Positions 38,863-46,516 of a DNA stretch of 64,000 nucleotides are shown here, in pieces. A program made the translations under genes and the position numbers. Below the pieces are notes generated by a model that worked only from the letters and a program-made list of their open reading frames with translations, was not told the DNA's origin and did not search any database. The stretch's first letter is position 1. Each line of letters opens with the position of its first letter. Source of the stretch: Prolixibacteraceae bacterium (GTDB taxonomy: Bacteria; Bacteroidota; Bacteroidia; Bacteroidales; Prolixibacteraceae); NCBI GenBank assembly GCA_041821245.1, contig JBGUEP010000001.1, positions 78,854 through 142,853 of the forward strand, written 5' to 3'.

Positions 38863-39981
38863 TTATTGAATGGCAATACGAGTGATACGTCGCGCATTTT
38901 TATCGGTGGTTGTTTTAACCACATAAATACCTTTATTTAATGGAGGCAATTGAACTTGGACACGATGATCGGCCTGGAAATTTTGAATGAAAACCTGTTC
39001 TCCTCTTAAATTAAACAGCGTTACCTGATGAATTAATTCGCTTGTTGATGTAATGGTAAAAGATTGTTTCACCAGTGTTGGGAAAATATTTATACCTTGA
39101 TCTATAAGGTTTTCAACTGCATTTCCGCCATTGGTTTCTGCAACACAAGCATGTTTGCCTAAATCATTCCAAATATCTTTGTAACTACGGTAAGTGTATG
39201 GTTCTCCTGTAAGTTCATCAACACCTTGCAGGGCAACTGAAACGGTATCCCATTCTGCACTCACATTAAATTGTGCGGGATTTTCTTTAACGCCGTCAAC
39301 GACATCGTATTTTCTACGTAAAGTATGGTCTTGTGTCCAGGCCAACCAATAAGGTCCGTAGGCTGCCGCTTTGGTATCGTCGGTAGATTTAATGATGTAA
39401 TCGGTAATGGTATGTTTGTATTCCACTTCACCAATTTTGTAGGTGATAATGGTATCGGTAAAAGGTGCCCACCCGGCTTCTGCTTTAATTTTAGAACCCA
39501 GACCAATGTTGCCGATCAGGTCAACGGGCAAAGCATCGGCTGCATCACCTGTTTCGCTTTTCAATAAAGCAATGGCATCATTTCCATTCATATAGGTTGC
39601 AGCCGGATAAGGATTATCCATTTGCGTGGCCAGTGCTTGCAATGCAGCGTCAGGTGCAGGTGAAGATTCGGTTGACGTTGTTTGCCCGTTTACCAAAACA
39701 AAAGTTTTATAGGGTTCCAATGTGCCGGTAAGTTGAACAATACCACCGGTTGAATAATCGGTACTCCCATTGCTAAAACGAGCAACATAATATTTCGTCA
39801 TATCGATGGTCTGATTGGTTGGATTATATATTTCAACAGCTTTGTTGTTTCCTGTGCCTTCAACATATTCTGAGAAAAACAAATCGGTTTGGGCTAGTGC
39901 TCCAAAGGACAAGAGCAAGCCGGCTAAAAAGGGTAAAAATTTAATCATATAATTCGCAATTTTAATTAGTAAAGATCTCAA
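38863..39981 (-). CDS. Secreted lamin-tail-domain protein with T9SS C-terminal sorting domain
   Basis: Signal peptide. LTD (DLFFSEYVEGTGNNKAVEIYNPTNQTIDMTKYYVARFSNGS). C-terminal VTLFNLRGEQVFIQNF...GIYVVKTTT. Confidence 0.6.
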   Translation of the reverse strand: MRSLLIKIANYMIKFLPFLAGLLLSFGALAQTDLFFSEYVEGTGNNKAVEIYNPTNQTIDMTKYYVARFSNGSTDYSTGGIVQLTGTLEPYKTFVLVNGQTTSTESSPAPDAALQALATQMDNPYPAATYMNGNDAIALLKSETGDAADALPVDLIGNIGLGSKIKAEAGWAPFTDTIITYKIGEVEYKHTITDYIIKSTDDTKAAAYGPYWLAWTQDHTLRRKYDVVDGVKENPAQFNVSAEWDTVSVALQGVDELTGEPYTYRSYKDIWNDLGKHACVAETNGGNAVENLIDQGINIFPTLVKQSFTITSTSELIHQVTLFNLRGEQVFIQNFQADHRVQVQLPPLNKGIYVVKTTTDKNARRITRIAIQ

Positions 39982-40168
39982 ATTTATAACAAATCTTTGA
40001 ATACTTTACTGTTATTCCTCATCAATAAGCATCATTAAACTAAACAATAAAGATAAATTGAGGAGAATTTAATACAAGGGCGAATACTTATTAAGCCTTT
40101 TTATCAAAGTTTTAATGAATTTGTGATTTGAAAAGCTGAACTTTGGATAAATCAAAACTCTTAAAAAA

Positions 40169-40753
40169 ATGAGAAGTTTAATGATGAATTGTATATTCTT
40201 ATTTATCACGACACTAGCTTTAGCGCAGGAAAAGACCGATACCTTAGATCTTTACTCTGTGCCTCCAAAAGCTAATATTAGCCAATTTTTATTCGACAAC
40301 AGTTTTGAAATAGAATATCCTTTAAGTAGTCCGTTTATGGTTAACCAGCAAATGCTTTATCAACTATTTAATTACGACGGTCAGAATAGTAATGGATATG
40401 AATACGTTATTTATCCATTTAATGTTTTTTATTCGTTTTCAAAAAATGGATATACCTTCTGGCAAAACAATAATCCTTTAGTTATGGGATTCTCATACCA
40501 TTTAAACAGGGCGATGGGTTGGAAAAAGTTAGATATTTTTATGGACGGCCAAGGTGGAATGTACAATGAATACAAGGTGGAAGATGAAGTGTTTGTCCCT
40601 ACCGACAAGAAAAAATTCGACTGGAATGCAGGAGTAGGAGTGGGCTACAAAGTTTCAAAAGGGAATACCATCTTTATTAAAAGCTCGGTCTCTTTCCAGA
40701 ATATATCTCCCGTTGGTAATAGAAGTTTTGGTGGAGTGAACATGAAATTTTAA
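40169..40753 (+). CDS. Hypothetical secreted protein; intact member of a tandem paralogue pair
   Basis: Signal peptide MRSLMMNCIFLFITTLALAQ. The C-terminus ...SFGGVNMKF ends in an aromatic residue, as in outer-membrane beta-barrels. The downstream frameshifted copy is homologous at both ends. Confidence 0.45.
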   Translation: MRSLMMNCIFLFITTLALAQEKTDTLDLYSVPPKANISQFLFDNSFEIEYPLSSPFMVNQQMLYQLFNYDGQNSNGYEYVIYPFNVFYSFSKNGYTFWQNNNPLVMGFSYHLNRAMGWKKLDIFMDGQGGMYNEYKVEDEVFVPTDKKKFDWNAGVGVGYKVSKGNTIFIKSSVSFQNISPVGNRSFGGVNMKF

Positions 40754-40883
40754 TTTTTCGCCATGCGCGATGCAATGAATATGAGTTTTTAGCAAGCTGT
40801 GTTTTAATTTATTTTACCAAATATTCTGGTTTCTTCACATAAATAATATTGAACTTTAAGGGTGTTATTTATCTCCAACCCTT

Positions 40884-41304
40884 ATGATAAAAATTTACCT
40901 TTTCGTCTGCTTTTCATTTATTTTTTTTAAGCTCGCTTTTTCTCAGGAAAAACCTGATACCCTCAGTGTTCTATCGCATCATTCCGAATTCGTAATCGAT
41001 CGGTTGAATTTCGATAATGCTTTTTTCAACGAATTCTATCCACTATCTGGTAACCTAAATCTTAAAAACAGAATGAATAGTATTGTTTTCACAGAACTTA
41101 AGAATGTTTCAAAAAATCAATCTTTCAGCTATTGAACAAGAAATGAACCCCAACGGACAACAAATGCTTATGTGGGATGCAGGCCTGGGAGTGAGTTATG
41201 AAATTGTGCCTAATGTTTATCTGTTTATGCAAACACGTTCTGTTTTTGCAGGAAAGAAATATCTGGGACAATCGAATGAAGGTGGGGTAAAAATGAAATT
41301 TTGA
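40884..41304 (+). pseudogene. Frameshifted and shortened paralogue of 40169..40753
   Basis: Two overlapping ORFs in different frames (40884..41135 and 41083..41304). The first shares the N-terminus with the upstream gene (SQEKPDTLSVLS vs AQEKTDTLDLYS) and the second shares its C-terminus (WDAGLGVSYEI...GGVKMKF vs WNAGVGVGYKV...GGVNMKF). The frame switch coincides with an A6 run at 41101..41106. Confidence 0.45.
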
Positions 41305-41415
41305 TGTAGCAATTACAATGAGCATTTATTAAAGATGGAAATCTCTTTATATTATCAGCAATTTATAAGGATGGTTTTTTTAAATTTGCGCCCAATCATT
41401 TAAGAAGGAGGAAAG

Positions 41416-42411
41416 ATGGTGTCCAATTTTACAACTATAGCTTTGCAGTTGGATCGTGATGGTTTTCTGGATGAAAATATCCCGAAAGGAATAAACCTGG
41501 TCGAGGAAATAGCTCGTTTGAAGAAAGAGAAAAATGCAGTAATTCTTGGCCATTATTACATCGATGCCGAATTACAGGATATTTCTGATTTTGTGGGCGA
41601 TAGTCTGGCTTTAGCACAGGAAGCAGCTCGTACCGAAGCCGATATTATCGTGTTTGTGGGGGTCCATTTTATGGCCGAAACAGCCAAGATAATTAATCCT
41701 TCGAAGAAAGTTCTGCTTCCCGATTTAAAGGCTGGTTGTTCATTGGCTGAATCTGCTCCTATTGACGAGTTTCGAATTTTTAAGGCGAAATATCCCGATC
41801 ATAAGGTAATTAGTTACATCAATTGTACAGCCGATTTAAAAACAGAAACGGATATTGTTTGTACTTCATCGAATGCCGTAAAAATAGTCAACAGTTTTCC
41901 TCAGAATGAAAAACTTATTTTCGGCCCCGATAAAAATTTAGGCAATTACATTAACTCTTTAACCGGGCGCAACATGGTGTTGTGGAACGGAGCCTGCATG
42001 GTGCATGAGCAGTATTCTGTTGAAAAGATTGTTGACCTGATGAATGCGCATGCCGATGCCGAAACCATTGCTCATCCCGAGTGTGAAACACCGGTATTGT
42101 TACTATCAAAGTACATTGGTTCAACGGCAGCTTTGTTAAGTTATGTTCAGGAAAGTAAAACTCAGAAATTTATTGTGGCTACCGAAAGTGGAATTCTCCA
42201 CCAGATGAAAAAAGTTTGTCCTGAGAAAATCTTTATCCCAGCTCCTTCAAACGACTCCACCTGTGCCTGCAACGACTGTTCGTACATGAAGTTGAATTCC
42301 ATACGCAAGTTATATCTGTGTTTAAAAAACGAATTGCCTGAAGTTGCTTTAAGTGCTGATGTAATTGAAAAAGCCCGAAAGCCTATTGAGCGAATGTTGG
42401 CGCTTTCGTAA
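41416..42411 (+). CDS. nadA: Quinolinate synthase A
   Basis: AVILGHYYIDAELQDISDFVGDSLALAQ...IVFVGVHFMAETAKIINP...CSLAE and a C-terminal cysteine triad region (CACNDCSYMK) typical of NadA. Confidence 0.9.
   Translation: MVSNFTTIALQLDRDGFLDENIPKGINLVEEIARLKKEKNAVILGHYYIDAELQDISDFVGDSLALAQEAARTEADIIVFVGVHFMAETAKIINPSKKVLLPDLKAGCSLAESAPIDEFRIFKAKYPDHKVISYINCTADLKTETDIVCTSSNAVKIVNSFPQNEKLIFGPDKNLGNYINSLTGRNMVLWNGACMVHEQYSVEKIVDLMNAHADAETIAHPECETPVLLLSKYIGSTAALLSYVQESKTQKFIVATESGILHQMKKVCPEKIFIPAPSNDSTCACNDCSYMKLNSIRKLYLCLKNELPEVALSADVIEKARKPIERMLALS
42323..42411 (+). repeat. Direct repeat copy 1: native 3' end of nadA
   Basis: ttaaaaaacgaattgcctgaagttgctttaagtgctgatgtaattgaaaaagcccgaaagcctattgagcgaatgttggcgctttcgtaa recurs at 45217..45306 with 3 mismatches. 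Confidence 0.85.
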
Positions 42412-42460
42412 TCGAGCAAGGTTATAAGTAATTGACAAAACTTAAACTATTATTCCGTTG

Positions 42461-44926
42461 TTAATGAACTATTATTTTTCCTGATACAATTGACTGGTTT
42501 TCAAATTCGACCTTATAAAACAATAGTTTACTCGTTGTTTTTAGTTCCGAACGGTTAACTTGTATGCGGCTGTTTCCTGAAATGTAATAATCAGTGTGCC
42601 CGTAAATTTTTTGCCCTGTTACAGTTGAAATGCTTATGTTGATGTTTTGATCCACTTCAGAATAAAACTGGATGTAAAACTGATCAATTGCAGGATTGGG
42701 GTATACTTTAACCAAATTATCCATCGTAAAGCTTTCAGTTGAAGTACTATTCAATACCGTCACCTTCACTTTATTTGAATCGGTCAATTTCCCATCGTTA
42801 ACGGTTAGTTTAAAGGTGAACGTGCTATCAGTATCAACTTCCGGAGCCATGAACTGTATCTCAGCATTGAATGGATCATTAATGGGTACGCCTTCCGGAC
42901 CTTCCCATTTATACGTTAATTCATCTCCATCTGGATCGTCACCAGTCCCCGTTAATGTTACGAGGGTATTCTCTTTTACTGAAAAATCGCTGCCTGCATG
43001 AGCCGTTGGTGCATTATTATACTCAAAGGCGGGAACAATTTGTTCAAATTGCTCATCCAGCCATTCCATACGTTGCAATACCCAATTTCGCAAGAACTCA
43101 ACATGTTCTTCATAGGTGCCATTACTAAAAACATTGGGCCACACATAGGAGTTTAAAATATTCCACTGATTAAAATTACGATTAGCCGGAACCATCAAAT
43201 CGTTGTAACATGAATCGATAAATGTATTTATTGAATGGTTACTTAATGCTGCCTGACGCAGATCTTCCCAGCGGTATTTTAAGGTGGTTTGCCAGTAAGG
43301 ATCTTCTTTAAATTTATCCCACCAAAATGGAATTTCATTTCCCTGATCGCCTGCGCCAATTCCATCAGCAGCCCAGCCTACAGTATTGCCTCCCTGATAG
43401 AAATTGGCATTTCCAAAGCAAAGGTTGTAATCCCAAAATGGAGTCATAGTTAATTTGCCGCCATTACTGTCTTTATCTTTATGAAAGAAAACACTAACTC
43501 TGTATCCGTCAATATCGCGACTGATTTCAGTGATAAAGAAGTAATCAATGAATGATTCAACATCGATATAGTTTCGATATCCCAATTCCGGATCTATAAA
43601 ATTATTACCATGTAAAGCATCTTCAAAACTGAAAATGTAGTTTTTGATATATTCTCTTTGTTGAACGTTTAATTCATCATACTTCGGATCAATATAAGAG
43701 AATGTCATCTGATAAGTTCCGGTTCTTCCAGGGTAAGGTGAATTAAAACTACCTTCTTGTTGCCGATCGATACTCATAATATAACCACCTGTAAGTTCAT
43801 CACCTTCTATATCTTCTTCTTTTAAGGTCGCAATATCAACTCGGTTTTGATCAATTTTGATTTTCTCAACAAACAGATAAACTCCTCGGTATTCGCTGTT
43901 GATAACCACCTCGACAAATTGCGTTCGTGGATGCCACCCACTCATATTGTTTCCAAAATAATAGGCCAGCGCGTTGCGCATCAGTGATTTGTCAGCATAT
44001 GGACCATGTAGTACCCAGTCGTTCTCTGCAGGCATTCCAAAAAGTGAAACATTGTTATTCGACTCATCTTCATTTCTGGTTTCAACTGTATAGCTTTTCT
44101 TAGGATACGTCTGGGCTGTATTCCCCCTAATTTCTATCCCAATAAACCCGTCATAGGCTAATGAGTCGTTTTTGTCAACATTAAAATAATTTATCTTGTT
44201 TTCATTGTCAACAACTTTCATTTTAGCCATTATCTTGGGCTCGTCAGGAATGGATTTACCTTCAGTATCAATTACAATAATTGGCAAAGAAGAATATTCA
44301 ATTTCCACGGGTTCCTGAAACCAATTGGGTATTTCATTGAATTCAATTGTTGTTCCTTCAATTTGAGCATTTAAGAACACTCTTCCCGATAGATCAGAAG
44401 AATTGCTTGAAATGTTAATTATCTGAACAGCAAGGATGTTGTTGCCCTCAACTAAAAGTGTTGGATCAATTCCAATACGTTCCGGGTTTCCACCACTGTA
44501 CATTATTGCTTCGTGATCGGCAGATACAGAAGGAGTTAATCCTACCTCTCCGGCAGCTAAATTCAATGAGCGTGCAACTTCATCTCCATTTAAGTACGCC
44601 ACAAATGCATCGTCGTAGTCAATATCCAGCAACAAACTCATTATGTTTACCCCACTTCGGATATTAAATGTTTTGCGCATGTATACCGAAGATGTTCCTA
44701 CAGGTACAGTGGTATTGTCGTCTTCGTCGGCATACCCAAAGCCACCAGGTCCCTGGAGCCAATTGTTATCATCAAAGGATATTGAGACCCAATCAGAAGA
44801 AGGTGCTTCGGTTGGTACAAAGTAGGTCCAGGTATTATCTTCAAGAATAATACTTTCCCAATGTGATTGTGCCCATAATTGGTTTGAAAATAGAAATAGA
44901 AGCAGGATGATATTATACTTTTTCAT
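42461..44926 (-). CDS. CotH-family secreted protein with a PKD-like domain and T9SS C-terminal sorting domain; sole gene inside the nadA-3'-repeat-bracketed insert
   Basis: Signal peptide MKKYNIILLLFLFSNQLWAQ. CotH-like core (SYTVETRNEDESNNNVSLFGMPAENDWVLHGPYADKSLMRNALAYYF...EYRGVYLFVEKIKID). PKD-like segment (APTAHAGSDFSVKENTLVTLTGTGDDPDGDELTYKWEGPEG). C-terminal VYPNPAIDQFYIQF...KIIVH. Confidence 0.7.
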   Translation of the reverse strand: MKKYNIILLLFLFSNQLWAQSHWESIILEDNTWTYFVPTEAPSSDWVSISFDDNNWLQGPGGFGYADEDDNTTVPVGTSSVYMRKTFNIRSGVNIMSLLLDIDYDDAFVAYLNGDEVARSLNLAAGEVGLTPSVSADHEAIMYSGGNPERIGIDPTLLVEGNNILAVQIINISSNSSDLSGRVFLNAQIEGTTIEFNEIPNWFQEPVEIEYSSLPIIVIDTEGKSIPDEPKIMAKMKVVDNENKINYFNVDKNDSLAYDGFIGIEIRGNTAQTYPKKSYTVETRNEDESNNNVSLFGMPAENDWVLHGPYADKSLMRNALAYYFGNNMSGWHPRTQFVEVVINSEYRGVYLFVEKIKIDQNRVDIATLKEEDIEGDELTGGYIMSIDRQQEGSFNSPYPGRTGTYQMTFSYIDPKYDELNVQQREYIKNYIFSFEDALHGNNFIDPELGYRNYIDVESFIDYFFITEISRDIDGYRVSVFFHKDKDSNGGKLTMTPFWDYNLCFGNANFYQGGNTVGWAADGIGAGDQGNEIPFWWDKFKEDPYWQTTLKYRWEDLRQAALSNHSINTFIDSCYNDLMVPANRNFNQWNILNSYVWPNVFSNGTYEEHVEFLRNWVLQRMEWLDEQFEQIVPAFEYNNAPTAHAGSDFSVKENTLVTLTGTGDDPDGDELTYKWEGPEGVPINDPFNAEIQFMAPEVDTDSTFTFKLTVNDGKLTDSNKVKVTVLNSTSTESFTMDNLVKVYPNPAIDQFYIQFYSEVDQNINISISTVTGQKIYGHTDYYISGNSRIQVNRSELKTTSKLLFYKVEFENQSIVSGKIIVH

Positions 44927-45216
44927 AATCGGAATATTGTAATTTGGCTGCCGTTTAATTAAAAAGCACTAAATGTAATGTAAAAAAGGCACAACTCGTT
45001 TTTAATGATAAACGAATAGAATTCAAAGAAGATAGAAAGCTGATCGTTTCGCTAGCTGTTTTGAATACATCCTGTTTTTATCGCTGGGACTTAAAAATCA
45101 AATATTTCAGCAAGGTATTTCTGCTCCTCAATTACTAAAATTGTTTTTACAATCATGTGTTTGTGTGTTGGGCTTACTAATTTGACCGAGTCAATTGTTT
45201 TAGCTATATCTCCGCC

Positions 45217-45306
45217 TTAAAAAACGAATTGCCTGAAGTTGCTTTAAGTGATGATGTAATTGAAAAAGCCCGAAAGCCCATTGAACGAATGTTGGCGCTT
45301 TCGTAA
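45217..45306 (+). repeat. Direct repeat copy 2: displaced duplicate of the nadA 3' end, in frame and ending in the same TAA
   Basis: About 90 bp identical to 42323..42411 except for 3 substitutions. Two are synonymous in the nadA frame (ccc/cct Pro, gaa/gag Glu) and one changes Ala to Asp. Confidence 0.85.
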
Positions 45307-45323
45307 GGTATTCAATCGATAAA

Positions 45324-46046
45324 CTAAAAAGTATCCGTTAAATCAGCAATTTTAAAAAGTTTTTGCGTATCTAAAACTATAATTTTTCGCCCTTTTTTTT
45401 CAATTAAATTTTCCTTTTCAAATGTGCTTAAGATGCGAACAAGGGTTTCAACCGCAATCCCAACAATGTTTGCAAAGTCTTCGCGGGTAAGCACAATTTG
45501 AATCTCATTGTCGTCATTTCTGTTTTGTCTGAAGTTTTCGTTGAGGATGAGTAGCGTAAGTGCCACCCTTTCTCTTACACTTTTTGTGGTAAAGGTAGCG
45601 ATGAAGTTAACCATTACTCCAAATTCATGACTTAGCTTTTTAGTCAGCAGGTTGGATAGTTCTTCGTGTTTATCCAACAATCGATCTAGTTTATCTTTTG
45701 AAACAAAACCGATCAATGAATCGGTAATTGCGGCGGCCGAATCCTGATATTTTTCTTCTCCCAGAAATGCTGCGTATCCAATCATCTCACCTTCGTTACA
45801 CAAATAAATTATTTGTTCCTTTCCTCCATTGAGACTTTTAAATTTTTTTACCTTTCCCTTCTTCACAAAATAAATGCCTAGTGGGTATGCCCCTTCTGTG
45901 AAAATATTTTGCCCCCGCTTAAATTGCTTGGCGATCATCTGGTTTTTGAAATCTAGCTGAACATTTTCAGGTAAGCTTTCAAAATCAAATTCCCGTTTCA
46001 GGTTAAATCGTTCCTTTATTTTATTTAAAAGACTATCCATATTCAA
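45324..46046 (-). CDS. Crp/Fnr-family transcriptional regulator (cNMP-binding domain plus C-terminal HTH)
   Basis: cNMP-binding beta-roll (IFTEGAYPLGIYFVKKGKVKKFKSLNGGKEQIIYLCNEGEMIGY) and HTH (LTREDFANIVGIAVETLVRILSTFEKENLIEKKGRKIIV). No N-terminal Cys cluster, so it is not an FNR-type O2 sensor. Confidence 0.8.
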   Translation of the reverse strand: MNMDSLLNKIKERFNLKREFDFESLPENVQLDFKNQMIAKQFKRGQNIFTEGAYPLGIYFVKKGKVKKFKSLNGGKEQIIYLCNEGEMIGYAAFLGEEKYQDSAAAITDSLIGFVSKDKLDRLLDKHEELSNLLTKKLSHEFGVMVNFIATFTTKSVRERVALTLLILNENFRQNRNDDNEIQIVLTREDFANIVGIAVETLVRILSTFEKENLIEKKGRKIIVLDTQKLFKIADLTDTF

Positions 46047-46072
46047 AATTCATGTTCAAAAATAGTCAAATA

Positions 46073-46086
46073 TTGATTTCAATCAA
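46073..46086. promoter_or_regulatory. Perfect FNR/CRP-family-type palindrome TTGAT-N4-ATCAA in the divergent intergenic region
   Basis: ttgatttcaatcaa at 46073..46086. It lies about 27 bp upstream of the Crp/Fnr-family gene start (46046, minus strand) and about 430 bp upstream of the Ehr-like operon. Confidence 0.4.
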
Positions 46087-46516
46087 CTTTATTCCTGATT
46101 TAGATCAAGATTACGATTTCCAAATGAATTACTTTTGTCAATAATTAAGATTATATTTTTTGAATTATTTTATGTCATTTCCGTGTTGTCATTGTTAACT
46201 GTTTTGTTTCTGGTGTTGGGGATTATAGGAATTTTATTTGTTTAGGTAAAGAACAGAGCATTGGTTTCCATTACTGTTGTAACAACAAATGTAATAATTC
46301 CACATAATACATAGATATTTAGGTTGGTAAGTGTTGTTCCGACCATTCGGATACTTCACTATTTGAAATTCTTTTGATAAGAAAATTGCCATCTGAAATT
46401 ACACAAATCTAAGTGCCAGGTCACAATTCGATGATGCCATCAAGGATAAGCAGATTCATTGTTTGGTATGTACTGACACTGAATTAGGTTTAATTATTTA
46501 TGAACTAAAAAAGAGA

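Noticed and set aside
42412-45216. Calling the repeat-bracketed segment an intact integrative mobile element
   Set aside because: No integrase, excisionase, transposase or conjugation genes are present between or adjacent to the repeats. Only an integration footprint or remnant can be claimed from this window.
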